Positions 27,448 through 37,706 of a stretch of 64,000 bases of DNA are shown here, in pieces (the stretch's first letter is position 1; each line of letters starts with the position of its first letter). A program made the position numbers and the translations under genes. Under the pieces are notes generated by a model. That model made no database searches. It was not told where the DNA came from and saw only the letters and a program-made list of their open reading frames with translations. The stretch spans positions 527 to 64,526 of the forward strand of contig JAJEHQ010000038.1 in the NCBI GenBank assembly GCA_022823625.1, written 5' to 3'. Source of the stretch: Gammaproteobacteria bacterium. GTDB lineage: Bacteria > Pseudomonadota > Gammaproteobacteria > Arenicellales > JAJDZL01.

Positions 27448-28188
27448 ATGACTGTTCGAGTTGTATTGGTTGAGCCGTCCCATCCTGGAAATATCGGGTC
27501 AGTCGCCCGCGCTATGGGCAACATGGGGTTTGAGAATCTTTGCCTGGTTCGTCCCGTTGATCATTTGGTTGAAGAAGCGCGGGTGCGCGCCTCTGGCAAT
27601 GAGGGGATCTTGGTAAATGCAAAGGTTTCAGAATCACTGGCCGACGCGATTGATGATTGCTCATTTGTAGTCGGTACCAGTGCGAGGGTTCGCACAATTG
27701 GATGGCCTAGCCAAGCACCTCGACAGGCGATGCAAAATGTAGCAGATGTGGTAGGCCAGTCTCAACAGGTCGCAATTTTGTTTGGACCTGAGAGAACAGG
27801 ATTATCCAATCGACACATTGATCAATGCGATCTTTTGGTTCGAATACCCGTTGATGATCAATCTCCTTCCATCAATCTGGCAGCTGCAGTGATCATCCTC
27901 CTCTATGAGTTGCGTTTGGCAACAGACAACGGGGGAGCCAATAAAACGATTAGCCGTTCCGGCTCAGAATTTGATGACTCCGAAATCATGGCGAACCATG
28001 CTCAGGTTGAAGGATTTTTCGAACATCTTCATTCAGTGTTGGAAGACGTTGAGTTTATCGCGGAGAGTCCTCGGGAAGTATTGATGAGAAAGATTCGCCG
28101 AATCTTCCTGCGTCCAGACTTAACCGTTGATGAAGTTAATATTCTGCGCGGAATCTTGACAGCTATAGAAAAGAAGACCAAAGATTGA
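27448..28188 (+). CDS. trmJ: tRNA (cytidine/uridine-2'-O)-methyltransferase TrmJ (SpoU family)
   Basis: VVLVEPSHPGNIGSVARAMGNMGFENLCLV and LNLAAAVIILLYE are collinear with E. coli TrmJ as I remember it. Confidence 0.85.
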   Translation: MTVRVVLVEPSHPGNIGSVARAMGNMGFENLCLVRPVDHLVEEARVRASGNEGILVNAKVSESLADAIDDCSFVVGTSARVRTIGWPSQAPRQAMQNVADVVGQSQQVAILFGPERTGLSNRHIDQCDLLVRIPVDDQSPSINLAAAVIILLYELRLATDNGGANKTISRSGSEFDDSEIMANHAQVEGFFEHLHSVLEDVEFIAESPREVLMRKIRRIFLRPDLTVDEVNILRGILTAIEKKTKD

Positions 28189-28226
28189 ACGACTCAACAG
28201 TCTCAATGAAATGAAGCTGAATTGTG

Positions 28227-28976
28227 ATGCGATGGGTGATTCGAATTCTGATTTTGTTGTTCGTGATATTTGCAGGTCCAATCTATATGTTGGCTACTGG
28301 AGATTTCATGGGTAGGCATTGGTCACAAGCAGAAAACGGGTCCGCGGGCATTGCTCCACATCCTTCCGAGTTCAGTGAAGCGGTAGTGCAAGTCTATGCA
28401 GCTCGGACGTGGGGTGCGCGGGGTGCAGTTGCTGTTCATACCTGGATTTCAGTCAAACCCACTAATGCATCAGCCTATACGGTTTATCAGAAGATTGGCT
28501 GGCGTTTACGATACAGAAATTCTGCCATGTCATTTCGAGAAGACGTTCCCGACCGATATTGGTATGGCAACGAACCCTGGCTACTCGCTGATCTGCGCGG
28601 AGAGCACGTGGATGCAGTAATTGATAAGATTCACAGTGCTGCGATGACGTATCCACATGCTAACGAATACAGGCTTTGGCCGGGGCCCAACAGCAACACC
28701 TTTACAGCCTGGATTCTCCGACGGGTGCCGGAACTGCGAGCAGATTTACCGCCCACTGCAATTGGTAAGGATTGGCTCGGGTCGGGTAAGTTTTGGGGAC
28801 CGTCACCAAGTTCGACTGGATACCAGGTTTCGCTTTTGGGTGTGCTAGGCGTTACTGTTGGTGTTGAAGAGGGGCTCGAACTCAATATTGCAGGTGCACA
28901 CATCGGAATCGACCCACTTGATCTAGCCTTGCGATTACCAGGTATTGGCATACTTTCCGCGGACGGTTACCACTAG
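28227..28976 (+). CDS. Membrane-anchored conserved hypothetical protein (possibly DUF3750)
   Basis: N-terminal TM helix (VIRILILLFVIFAGPIYML). The ARTWGARGAVAVHTWISVKP segment resembles DUF3750 proteins, but that is from memory only. Confidence 0.5.
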   Translation: MRWVIRILILLFVIFAGPIYMLATGDFMGRHWSQAENGSAGIAPHPSEFSEAVVQVYAARTWGARGAVAVHTWISVKPTNASAYTVYQKIGWRLRYRNSAMSFREDVPDRYWYGNEPWLLADLRGEHVDAVIDKIHSAAMTYPHANEYRLWPGPNSNTFTAWILRRVPELRADLPPTAIGKDWLGSGKFWGPSPSSTGYQVSLLGVLGVTVGVEEGLELNIAGAHIGIDPLDLALRLPGIGILSADGYH

Positions 28977-29204
28977 AAGATACGTGTAACTCAAGTTTCA
29001 GAGCCTAATTTAACGGTTTACGGGCACCTCTATTTATTCAAGGTAACATTTATTTTTCCGAATATTGATGTGAACCAGGTGTCAAGTTGCCTGATTCTAA
29101 AGTAATTATTCTCAAGACAAACGACAAGGCATACATTGTTTAGGCGAAATTCAGCTTTTGCGAACGCTGAATTCTGGATTGCGGTTCCGTTATTTGGAAG
29201 ATGA

Positions 29205-30395
29205 TCACGCCAATTGAGCAAATTCAGAGAGGAATCGAGTAAGCCCAATTGCCTCCGTGTTGTTGCGCATTGAAAATCTGTCGAGTCCAGAGTAAATGAC
29301 TAGTTTCCGTGTAGCTTTAATATCTTCACAGGCCGAATGAAACTCTCTAGAAACTCTGGGTGCAGATGAACGTTTGATTTCAATTGCAACAATTGAATTG
29401 CTAGGACCCTCAATCACCAAATCAATTTCAGCACCAGCGGAAGACCTGTAGTAGCTAAACTGCCATGTGTCGGGCAGATGCCTGATAATGTTTTCTACGA
29501 CGAACCCCTCCCAACTGGCACCCACACCCGGATGCCCCAATAGCGTTTCTAAATTCGAAATATTCAACAGACGATGAAGTATGCCGCTGTCACGCAGATA
29601 CACCTTTGGTGACTTAACTAACCGTTTCTTTGTGTTCCCGGACCAGGGAGGCAAATACCTGACCATGTAAAAATCCGAGAGCAGATCAATATAGGAGCGA
29701 ATTGTTTTATGATCGACCTCAAGGCTTTTGCCCAAGTTCGAGAGGTTAACTTGCTGACCATTCAAATGAGCAAGCATGCTCCAAATTCTTCGCATCCGCA
29801 CGCTCGAAACCCTCGGCCCCATTAATGGAATATCGCGTTCCACATAGGATGCGATGAAATTTGTTCGCCAGTCCCAACTTTCATCGTTGTTCTGAGCCAA
29901 GAAACTGACTGGGAAACCACCTCTTAACCAGAGTTTATTGATATCAAACTGTTGAGGGTTGGATTCCCAGATTTCAGGTATTGAAAAAGGACTGAGTTCC
30001 AAATACTGTATTCGTCCTGCCAATGTTTCAGTCGAATGCTGAATCAAGTCTCTGGATGCGGAACCCAGCAAAATGAAGTGTCCGCCTCTTTCTCCGTTAT
30101 GTATTCTCTCGTCAATCAGACTGCGCAAAGTCGTAAATAGGTCAGTCTTCCTTTGCACCTCGTCAATGATAAGAAGTTTGTTGTTGAAACCGGAAAGATA
30201 ATCTTCCGGTTCTTCAAGTTTAACGAGGTCGGAATTGCGTTCCAAGTCCAAATAAAACGACTCCTTTTCCAGAAATTGGTTTGCAATTTCTCGCGCAAGC
30301 GTTGTTTTGCCGACTTGTCGCGGCCCCAGAATAGCGATTACTGGCACAGTTGCCAGTAATCTTAAAATTCGATTTTGTAGTGATCGAGAAATCAT
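29205..30395 (-). CDS. AAA-type ATPase with DUF4143-like C-terminal domain (COG1373)
   Basis: Walker A GPRQVGKTT and Walker B LLIIDEVQ. I reject the listed TTG 30440 start in favour of ATG 30395 (MISRSLQNRILRLL..), the usual N-terminus for this family. Confidence 0.8.
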   Translation of the reverse strand: MISRSLQNRILRLLATVPVIAILGPRQVGKTTLAREIANQFLEKESFYLDLERNSDLVKLEEPEDYLSGFNNKLLIIDEVQRKTDLFTTLRSLIDERIHNGERGGHFILLGSASRDLIQHSTETLAGRIQYLELSPFSIPEIWESNPQQFDINKLWLRGGFPVSFLAQNNDESWDWRTNFIASYVERDIPLMGPRVSSVRMRRIWSMLAHLNGQQVNLSNLGKSLEVDHKTIRSYIDLLSDFYMVRYLPPWSGNTKKRLVKSPKVYLRDSGILHRLLNISNLETLLGHPGVGASWEGFVVENIIRHLPDTWQFSYYRSSAGAEIDLVIEGPSNSIVAIEIKRSSAPRVSREFHSACEDIKATRKLVIYSGLDRFSMRNNTEAIGLTRFLSEFAQLA

Positions 30396-30401
30396 TGTTG
30401 T

Positions 30402-30426
30402 AATCTGGGAATACATTTCCCAGATT
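30402..30426. promoter_or_regulatory. Palindromic site, copy 1 (10-nt arms)
   Basis: AATCTGGGAA-TACAT-TTCCCAGATT, 6 nt upstream (minus-strand sense) of the ATPase ATG. Confidence 0.45.
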
Positions 30427-30574
30427 GCAAGGTGCGTCAATTCATTGAATTTTTTGCGATGAAACTAATGGCTTAAAGTTCTGTAATTTTGTGTTTGATT
30501 GTTGTGTTGCAGACTAGTTGCGTCCAAAAAACTAAACTGCTGGTGTAGTTACCAATACTTTTACAATCCGTTTC

Positions 30575-30605
30575 TGCAATTTGGGAATTATATTCCCAAA
30601 TTGCA
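30575..30605. promoter_or_regulatory. Palindromic site, copy 2 (31-nt perfect palindrome)
   Basis: TGCAATTTGGGAAT-TAT-ATTCCCAAATTGCA. Same core as copy 1, 176 nt away. Confidence 0.45.
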
Positions 30606-30866
30606 AGACATGTCAATCTATAAAATTTTTGCTCTGCCCGTTGCTGTAGGACTGTTCATAGTCTCTCCCATGAAGGATATTCCAACCGGTAAGATATTCA
30701 GCACAATTTCCGCATTTCTACGAGTTCGCTAAAGTAGACTAGCACAAGGCCGCTAGCTGAAGAAGTTCGCAACCAATTGAACCGCTTGAAGTAAAATTTG
30801 ATGACACTTGAAATTTCGACTGTTTCGAACTATCTTTTGTTTAGTAGCAACTGAATCAAAGCGAAA

Positions 30867-31190
30867 ATGGCCATTACACTGACAGAATCTGCAGCAGACC
30901 GAGTCCAATCCTACCTCGACGGATCAGACGGTAAGGGACTAAGATTTGGTGTGCGAAAAACCGGCTGTTCCGGTTTCGCATATGTTGTTGACATTGCGTC
31001 CGAAGCAAATTTGGATGATCATGTTTTCCAAAGCCGTGGAATCGAAGTTTTTGTCGATCCCAAAAGCCTCGAACTGGTCGATGGAACCACAATCCATTTT
31101 GAAAAACAGGAATTGGCTGAAACGTTTGTCTTTAAAAATCCAAACGTGAGTGCTGAATGTGGTTGCGGTGAAAGTTTCACCGTTGATTGA
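30867..31190 (+). CDS. HesB/IscA-family iron-sulfur cluster insertion protein
   Basis: 107 aa, GCSGFAY...ECGCGESF; collinear with E. coli IscA. Confidence 0.88.
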   Translation: MAITLTESAADRVQSYLDGSDGKGLRFGVRKTGCSGFAYVVDIASEANLDDHVFQSRGIEVFVDPKSLELVDGTTIHFEKQELAETFVFKNPNVSAECGCGESFTVD

Positions 31191-31250
31191 TTAATCTATC
31201 TTCTCGGCGACGTAGGTATCCTGACGCGCCACTACTCCTCCTCTAGACCT

Positions 31251-32600
31251 ATGTCAGCGCCGTCGACAGTTCAATCCCAATTCGAACACCCTTCAGTCTC
31301 AATCGAGACGCTTGGTTGCAAGGTCAATCTTTTCGAATCAGAATACATTTCGAGTCAACTGCAGTCTCTCCCTCAGGTAGAAATAGACTCTCACAGGAAA
31401 GACGTATGCATCATCAATACCTGCACAGTTACGCGCGAAGCTGACAGACAGTCGCGTCAAGCAATAAGGCGCGTCATTCGTAAAAATCCCGATTCAACCA
31501 TCATTGTGACCGGCTGCTATGCTGAAATGCAGCCCGATGAATGTGCGAGCATCCCTGGTGTTGATTACGTCGTTCCTGGTAGCAGGAAACTACAGATTCC
31601 ACAACTGATTTCAGGTGAGGTTGGTTTAGATGACTTAGCTTCATCTTCAAAGAACAGAGATTCCACTCTCATGCCTGAACTGGCAGTTTCTGGTTTTAAT
31701 TCGAGAACGAGGGCTAACTTGCAAGTACAGCAGGGATGTGATAACGGTTGTACGTTTTGCATCATTCACAAAGCAAGGGGCCCTAGCCGGTCGATTGCAC
31801 CCACGACTGTACTGCGTCAGGTGGAAAGCTTTGTCGAACAGGGTTTTGCGGAAATCGTAATCTGTGGCATTGACTTGGGTTCCTATGGCGACGATCTTGA
31901 AAATGACGGTAATTTCGATATGAATTTGGCGGTGTTGACGAGTGAGTTGGCTGAAAGACATCCTGATACTCGATTTCGACTAAGTTCCATTGATCCGGCC
32001 CACATAACTCCAGAACTCATTAGTGCCATTGAACGTTTCGATAACATTTGCCCACACATCCATCTTTCATTACAGAGTGCATCACCGATTATTCTGAAAC
32101 GCATGAAAAGACGTTATCAGCCAGATGATGTTTGTGCTGCTGTTGCCGCGCTTCGGACCGTCCGATCAGATTTGGTCCTGTCAGCTGACATCATGGCCGG
32201 TTTTCCCACTGAAACTGAGTCTGATTTTGAAATGACTAAGTCTGCAATTTTCGATTTAGAAATTACTTATCCTCACGTTTTCGCGTATTCGGAAAGAGAC
32301 GGCACTCCCGCCGCAAGGATTCCGAAGCAGGTTCCACCCGAGATTCGAAAAACGCGCACAAGACTGTTGCGACATGCGGGCGACAGGGTACGCCAAAATG
32401 TACTCTCACGCTACGTGGGGAAATCTGCCAAGGTTCTGACGGAATGCAGAGTCAGTCATACCAAATCGATGATGTACCGTGCCCGTTTATCCAATTACCT
32501 GCCGGTTTACTTTGAAAGTGAGCATAACGTATCAGGTCGAATTATGGAACTCAAACTGACCGGCCTGCATCATGACGGATTGCTTGGAGAATTACATTAG
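31251..32600 (+). CDS. mtaB: Radical-SAM methylthiotransferase, MtaB-like
   Basis: N-terminal UPF0004 domain (IETLGCKVNLFESEY), radical-SAM CDNGCTFC, C-terminal TRAM-like region. Confidence 0.78.
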   Translation: MSAPSTVQSQFEHPSVSIETLGCKVNLFESEYISSQLQSLPQVEIDSHRKDVCIINTCTVTREADRQSRQAIRRVIRKNPDSTIIVTGCYAEMQPDECASIPGVDYVVPGSRKLQIPQLISGEVGLDDLASSSKNRDSTLMPELAVSGFNSRTRANLQVQQGCDNGCTFCIIHKARGPSRSIAPTTVLRQVESFVEQGFAEIVICGIDLGSYGDDLENDGNFDMNLAVLTSELAERHPDTRFRLSSIDPAHITPELISAIERFDNICPHIHLSLQSASPIILKRMKRRYQPDDVCAAVAALRTVRSDLVLSADIMAGFPTETESDFEMTKSAIFDLEITYPHVFAYSERDGTPAARIPKQVPPEIRKTRTRLLRHAGDRVRQNVLSRYVGKSAKVLTECRVSHTKSMMYRARLSNYLPVYFESEHNVSGRIMELKLTGLHHDGLLGELH

Positions 32601-32774
32601 AACTGAGTAATTCAGGCTGTTTTGAGCCAGAATTCCACATGATTAGCGCCAATCGGACTGGCGATAATTCGTAAAATATTCAGTCTGACGCAAGCCGCGG
32701 ATGCTCTCAAAGTAGACCGCCATTCAAACCAAGAAATTTCCAGATTCAGACTCAAATATCAAGGTGCACGCTAT

Positions 32775-33200
32775 ATGGCTGTAGAACGAACTTTATCCAT
32801 TATCAAACCCGACGCAGTACGAAGAGACCTGATAGGCGAAATCAATCGCCGATTCGAAGCCGGTGGACTTTCAATTGTGGGCTGTAGAATGATTCATCTG
32901 GACCAGTCGCAAGCGGAGGGATTTTACGCGGTGCACAAAGAGCGACCATTTTTTTCCAGCCTGGTCGAGTATATGCAGTCCGGTCCGGTTGTCGTGCAGG
33001 TTCTGGAAGGAAAAAATGCAGTTGTCGCAAATCGTGAAATCATGGGCGCAACCAATCCGGCTGACGCTGCTCCAGGCACTATCCGTGCAGACCTCGCCGA
33101 GTCGCTAGAGCGAAATTCTGTGCATGGGTCAGATTCACCGGATAACGCAAAAATTGAAATCGATTTTTTCTTTTCTGACGACCAGATTCACTCACGCTAA
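32775..33200 (+). CDS. ndk: Nucleoside diphosphate kinase
   Basis: [12 protein letters not shown]...NSVHGSDS; 141 aa. Confidence 0.96.
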   Translation: MAVERTLSIIKPDAVRRDLIGEINRRFEAGGLSIVGCRMIHLDQSQAEGFYAVHKERPFFSSLVEYMQSGPVVVQVLEGKNAVVANREIMGATNPADAAPGTIRADLAESLERNSVHGSDSPDNAKIEIDFFFSDDQIHSR

Positions 33201-33242
33201 ATCTGTTCAGCTGTTGAATGCAGCCGACAGGATGAAACGGCT

Positions 33243-34370
33243 ATGAAAGTCAACCTCATCGGATACCCCAAAAATCAACTGATTGAATTCTTCGCCGATC
33301 TTGGTGAGCCGAGTTTTCGCGCGAACCAGATCCTTAAGTGGATTCACCAGCGTGGTGTTACCGAATTCGAGGAGATGACTGACCTTAGCAAATTGCTTCG
33401 AGCCAAACTTGCTGAAATCGCAATCATCGACGGACTAAAACCAACAACTGAAAAAATTTCCGTGGATGGCACCCGTAAGTGGCTTCTTGCACTGCCAGAT
33501 GGGAATTGCATAGAAACAGTATTTATCCCTGAAGATAGCCGCGGGACGCTTTGTATTTCGTCACAAGTGGGTTGTTCTTTGAATTGTACGTTTTGTGCAA
33601 CAGGTCGACAGGGATTCAATCGTAATTTGAGTTCAGCTGAAATCATTTCCCAGTTGTGGTATGCCTATCATAAACTGAGAAGCGATGATAATCGCCGTCC
33701 GATTACGAATATTGTGCTGATGGGTATGGGAGAGCCTTTACTCAACTATGAGGCTGTCGTGGCGGCGATGTTGTTGATGCTGGACGACAATGCCTACGGT
33801 TTCTCTCGTCGTCGGGTTACTCTGAGTACTGCTGGCGTCATCCCCGGCATCAATCGACTGCTTACAGACTGTCCTGTCAGTCTTGCTGTGTCATTGCACG
33901 CACCGAATGATGAACTTAGAAACGAGTTGGTGCCACTGAACAAAAAGTATCCAATTGCAGAACTGATGAATGCCTGCCGACAGTATGCGGCATTCGACCG
34001 TCGCTGGCGTGTCACATTTGAATACATCATGTTGAAAGGTATAAACGACTCGGTTTCTCAGGCCCGACAACTCGCACGGATTTTGAGAGAGGTGCCCGCT
34101 AAAGTCAACCTGATCCCCTACAACACTGTCGATGGGTTGCAATACGAACGTTCAGATCATGACGTTATTGATCGATTCAGAGATGTACTGTTGTCGCAGC
34201 ACATCATGACCATCACCCGGAAAACCCGCGGTGATGATGTCGATGCGGCATGCGGCCAACTCAAGGGAAAGTTTACCGACCGCACCCATCGTTCTGCAAA
34301 GTTGGCAGCCAAAGCAGCGCCGCTTGAATCGCTGGTCGATCCTCTGGAATTAGTGCAGGTTCAAGACTAG
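33243..34370 (+). CDS. rlmN: 23S rRNA/tRNA (adenine-C2)-methyltransferase RlmN
   Basis: Radical-SAM [11 protein letters not shown] and MGMGEPL, in the ndk-adjacent position. Confidence 0.93.
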   Translation: MKVNLIGYPKNQLIEFFADLGEPSFRANQILKWIHQRGVTEFEEMTDLSKLLRAKLAEIAIIDGLKPTTEKISVDGTRKWLLALPDGNCIETVFIPEDSRGTLCISSQVGCSLNCTFCATGRQGFNRNLSSAEIISQLWYAYHKLRSDDNRRPITNIVLMGMGEPLLNYEAVVAAMLLMLDDNAYGFSRRRVTLSTAGVIPGINRLLTDCPVSLAVSLHAPNDELRNELVPLNKKYPIAELMNACRQYAAFDRRWRVTFEYIMLKGINDSVSQARQLARILREVPAKVNLIPYNTVDGLQYERSDHDVIDRFRDVLLSQHIMTITRKTRGDDVDAACGQLKGKFTDRTHRSAKLAAKAAPLESLVDPLELVQVQD

Positions 34371-35647
34371 TGAGTATCAAGGTTCAATCGGTTCGAGGCA
34401 TGAATGATCTTCTGCCGTCTGAAACCCATTGGTGGCAGGCTATGGAGCGTGCCATTCACCATGTCGCAGCGATTTATGGTTATGAGGAAATTCGTTTGCC
34501 GCTTCTTGAACGTACAGAGCTTTTCAAGCGCTCAATCGGTGAAGAAACAGATATCGTCGAAAAGGAAATGTACACCTTCCTCGACAATCGGGGAGATAGC
34601 CTGACACTTCGTCCCGAAGCAACAGCCAGTTGCGTTCGCGCTTGTATTCAGCATGGACTCATTAACCGCAGTAAGGCAAGATTGTGGTATATGGGCCCAA
34701 TGTTTCGTTATGAACGCCCACAAAAGGGTCGCTATCGCCAGTTTCACCAGTTTGGAATTGAAGCCTTTGGCTGGACAACACCAGATATTGATGCCGAAAT
34801 CATTTTGGTTGCACATGCGCTGTGGCAGCAACTGAATATCGCTGAGCATGCCCAACTTGAAATTAACTCCATCGGTACACCAGAAGCCAGACAGCGATTT
34901 CGAGCAGACTTGGTATCGTACTTCGGCAATTATCGGGACTCGCTGGATCAAGACAGCCAGCGACGGCTGGTGACCAATCCACTTCGCATTCTGGATAGCA
35001 AGAATCCTAACATGCAGGAAATTATTGAAGAAGCGCCTGTCATGACGGACTATCTGGATTCGGAATCTGCAGCCAGATTTGACAGGCTGTGCAATTTGTT
35101 GGCTTCCCAGGACATTGGATTTACGATCAACCATCGCCTGGTTCGAGGTCTTGATTACTATACCGACACCGTCTTCGAATGGACAACAAATCTTCTTGGT
35201 GCGCAAAACGCGATTTGTGGTGGTGGACGCTATGATGGACTGGTTGAGCTCTTGGGAGGCGGACCAATTCCCGGAGCAGGATTCGCGATGGGTTTGGAGC
35301 GGCTGATCGAAGTGCTTCGACAAAGTAACTACGATGCTGAACTTGCGAGACCTCAAGTTTACGTCTGTACTTTAGGGTCTGATGCTGAGGTTGAAGGATT
35401 AAATTTAGCTCAGGAACTTCGCGCTGAGGGTATTCGAACCACTGTTCACTGCGGTGGCGGTAAACTTTCACAGCAACTGAAAAACGCTGACCGAGCAAGT
35501 GCTGTGCTTGGCGTTATAATCGGTGCCGACGAAATAACGTCTCGTACCGCAATAGTCAAATCGCTTCGAACTGATGCAGAACAGCAGTCTGTTGTTCGGA
35601 GTGAAATTGTTGAAACAATTCAAGGAATGCTTCACTCGAAGCAATAG
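34370..35647 (+). CDS. hisS: Histidine--tRNA ligase
   Basis: VRGMNDLLP, YMGPMFRYERPQKGRYRQFHQ, GGGRYDGL. GTG start overlapping the rlmN stop. Confidence 0.95.
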   Translation: MSIKVQSVRGMNDLLPSETHWWQAMERAIHHVAAIYGYEEIRLPLLERTELFKRSIGEETDIVEKEMYTFLDNRGDSLTLRPEATASCVRACIQHGLINRSKARLWYMGPMFRYERPQKGRYRQFHQFGIEAFGWTTPDIDAEIILVAHALWQQLNIAEHAQLEINSIGTPEARQRFRADLVSYFGNYRDSLDQDSQRRLVTNPLRILDSKNPNMQEIIEEAPVMTDYLDSESAARFDRLCNLLASQDIGFTINHRLVRGLDYYTDTVFEWTTNLLGAQNAICGGGRYDGLVELLGGGPIPGAGFAMGLERLIEVLRQSNYDAELARPQVYVCTLGSDAEVEGLNLAQELRAEGIRTTVHCGGGKLSQQLKNADRASAVLGVIIGADEITSRTAIVKSLRTDAEQQSVVRSEIVETIQGMLHSKQ

Positions 35648-35683
35648 CGAAACAAAAGCAGAAAACCGATAAGAGAGATTCTG

Positions 35684-36310
35684 ATGACACCCGATGAAGA
35701 ACGGCTAGATCAGGTAAAACAGTGGTGGAAAGAGTACCGCTGGACTGTGATCGGCGGAATTTCGGCTGGAGTAATCGGAGTAGGCGGCTGGACTGGTTGG
35801 ACTGAATATACGCGAGTTCAGCAGGAATCAGCATCGACGCTATTTCAGGAGTTGTCAGTTGCAGTTGTTGAGGCGGATGCAATCGGTGCACGCCGGGCAT
35901 TTGATGAACTCTTTGAAGACTATTCGGGTACGGCTTATGCAGAGAAGGCGAGATTGCTGTTCGCACGTATATCTTATGAAGTTGGCGAGGAGGCTGATGC
36001 CAGACGATTGCTGGAAGATGCGGTTGACTTATCATCAGACGAGTCAACTGTACATGCAGCCCGAATCCGTCTTGCACAGTTATTAATTGAAAGTGCGCAA
36101 TACCAGCAGGCTGTGGATCTTTTGGGTTCAGTGGACCCAGGACAGTTCGTGTCACACTATGAGGAATTGAAAGGTGATGCGTATCGCGCTATGAACCGGT
36201 ACTCGGAAGCAAAAAAAGCGTACGAGGCAAGCCTTGATCAACTAGGATTTAATTCCGGTTATCGCACAATTCTAACATTGAAGTTGAACGACACACGGGT
36301 CGCAGAGTAA
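35684..36310 (+). CDS. yfgM: YfgM-like TPR membrane protein
   Basis: One N-terminal TM helix plus a TPR-like body; 208 aa. Sits in the conserved hisS-yfgM-bamB-der position. Confidence 0.7.
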   Translation: MTPDEERLDQVKQWWKEYRWTVIGGISAGVIGVGGWTGWTEYTRVQQESASTLFQELSVAVVEADAIGARRAFDELFEDYSGTAYAEKARLLFARISYEVGEEADARRLLEDAVDLSSDESTVHAARIRLAQLLIESAQYQQAVDLLGSVDPGQFVSHYEELKGDAYRAMNRYSEAKKAYEASLDQLGFNSGYRTILTLKLNDTRVAE

Positions 36311-36448
36311 GTTTTCTGGTAACTATTTCGTTAATTCGATAGTACAGGTTCAAAATAAAGATTTCTCAAGCTTGCGTATGAAACCGTCTGTCAGTCTTTT
36401 CTCCATTCTACTATTGACAACTACTTGCTCCTCCTCAGGAAAATCGCA

Positions 36449-37594
36449 ATGATTCGAACAATTCCGGCCATTCTAGCGGTGTTTTTGCTCACCGCCTGTG
36501 GCACGCCCAAGATCCCTGCTCCTGATCCCACACCTCTCAGCGACATTGACGAATCTGTGGAACTGAAATCCAGATGGAGCAGCAATGATGCACGAGTTTC
36601 GTCTCGAAAAGAACAGGCATTTCTATCTTTACGTCCGAGTTTGGAATCCGGACTGTTGATTGCTACATCACCGGAAGGAGAAGTCTTTGCTTTCAACTCG
36701 AATTCCGGGTCGACGGTCTGGAAGACTGAATTGAGCCAGAACATTTCTGCAGGTACTGGAGCAGGTGATGGCATAGTAGTCGTTGTCAGCGATACGGGTA
36801 CAGCTTATGGTTTGGACATCAGAGATGGTGCAAAACTGTGGGAGTATCAACTTGGCGAACTGGTTTTCTCACCACCGCTGATTTATGGAAATCAGGTCGT
36901 ATTACGAACCATTGATGGAAACCTGATTGTACTGTCAGCAGTTAGCGGTGAATTTTTATGGGATGCGATTTACGATCAGCCGGAGTTTTTGGAATTCGGT
37001 TCAGCAGCCCCAGTTGGATATCAAAATGTCGTCATATTTGGTAACGCCTTGGGTCGGGTAATTGCTACGGATTTGACGAGTGGATTTGAGGCCTGGAGTG
37101 TTTTTCTCGGTTCCGAGCGCAGCGTTGGGCAGTTGAGAAGTCGAGAATCACGTCCAGTTTTGTTTCAGGACCGCTTAATTCTGTCTGATCTGTCGAGAGC
37201 AATAGTTGTTTATGACCTCTCAACGGGAAATGTGCTGTGGGAATCCCGCCTGGATGCGGGACGCAACACCGATGCTGATAGTAATACAGTTTATGGACAT
37301 AGTACGGATGGCCTGGTATTGGCTTTCAACCAAACAAATGGGTCACCTCAGTGGCAGCAGAACGCTTTGCTCTATCGTGGTGTGGACGACTTGGCGCTGG
37401 TAGATGGACGACTGGTTGTTGGTGACGGGTTAAGTTATTTTCACATTTTCGATCAGAACAGTGGTGAAATCATCGGCCGCCTCCGAGCACGCGAACGAGT
37501 CGCATCAGGAGGATTCTTGGATTCAGGAAACAGTCTTTACGTATATTATCGCTCTGGACATATCGAAGCCTTCACTCTGACTTCAGCGAAATAG
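36449..37594 (+). CDS. bamB: Outer-membrane protein assembly factor BamB (PQQ-like beta-propeller lipoprotein)
   Basis: Lipobox VFLLTAC-G. Repeated beta-propeller blades. AGGAAA SD before ATG 36449; the listed TTG 36425 start is rejected. Confidence 0.85.
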   Translation: MIRTIPAILAVFLLTACGTPKIPAPDPTPLSDIDESVELKSRWSSNDARVSSRKEQAFLSLRPSLESGLLIATSPEGEVFAFNSNSGSTVWKTELSQNISAGTGAGDGIVVVVSDTGTAYGLDIRDGAKLWEYQLGELVFSPPLIYGNQVVLRTIDGNLIVLSAVSGEFLWDAIYDQPEFLEFGSAAPVGYQNVVIFGNALGRVIATDLTSGFEAWSVFLGSERSVGQLRSRESRPVLFQDRLILSDLSRAIVVYDLSTGNVLWESRLDAGRNTDADSNTVYGHSTDGLVLAFNQTNGSPQWQQNALLYRGVDDLALVDGRLVVGDGLSYFHIFDQNSGEIIGRLRARERVASGGFLDSGNSLYVYYRSGHIEAFTLTSAK

Positions 37595-37706
37595 TTAGCA
37601 GTATTGTCCTATCGTTAATCGGACGCTCCGGGATCGGTTGTTGTTCCGGTCGTCAGATTCAGACGCGTCGTACTTTTTCAAATTTGCTTCAAGTGCTGCA
37701 AACGCC

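Noticed and set aside
34532-35356. Long antisense or shadow ORFs inside well-supported genes. Examples: 274 aa opposite hisS, 199 aa at 35556-36155 opposite yfgM, 214 aa at 3923-4567 in hipA, 201 aa at 40852-41457, 182 aa at 53186-53734, 219 aa at 62436-63095.
   Set aside because: Each lies entirely within a gene with strong family signatures on the other strand. The sequences are low-complexity or Arg/Ser/Cys-rich with no motifs. These are typical shadow ORFs.
33243-35647. Absence of rodZ and ispG between rlmN and hisS, relative to the E. coli order.
   Set aside because: This is a synteny variation only. rlmN and hisS abut cleanly with overlapping stop and start, and there are no scars, so there is nothing to follow up within this window.
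36378-36452. A 24-codon ORF (MKPSVSLFSILLLTTTCSSSGKSQ) whose TGA overlaps the bamB ATG (ATGA). It looks like a second lipoprotein signal peptide in tandem with the real one.
   Set aside because: It has no Shine-Dalgarno sequence. The would-be lipobox (T-T-T-C) does not fit the L-[AS]-[GA]-C consensus. The mature peptide would be 8 aa. This is probably coincidence or a relic of an older bamB start; I noted it only as a curiosity.
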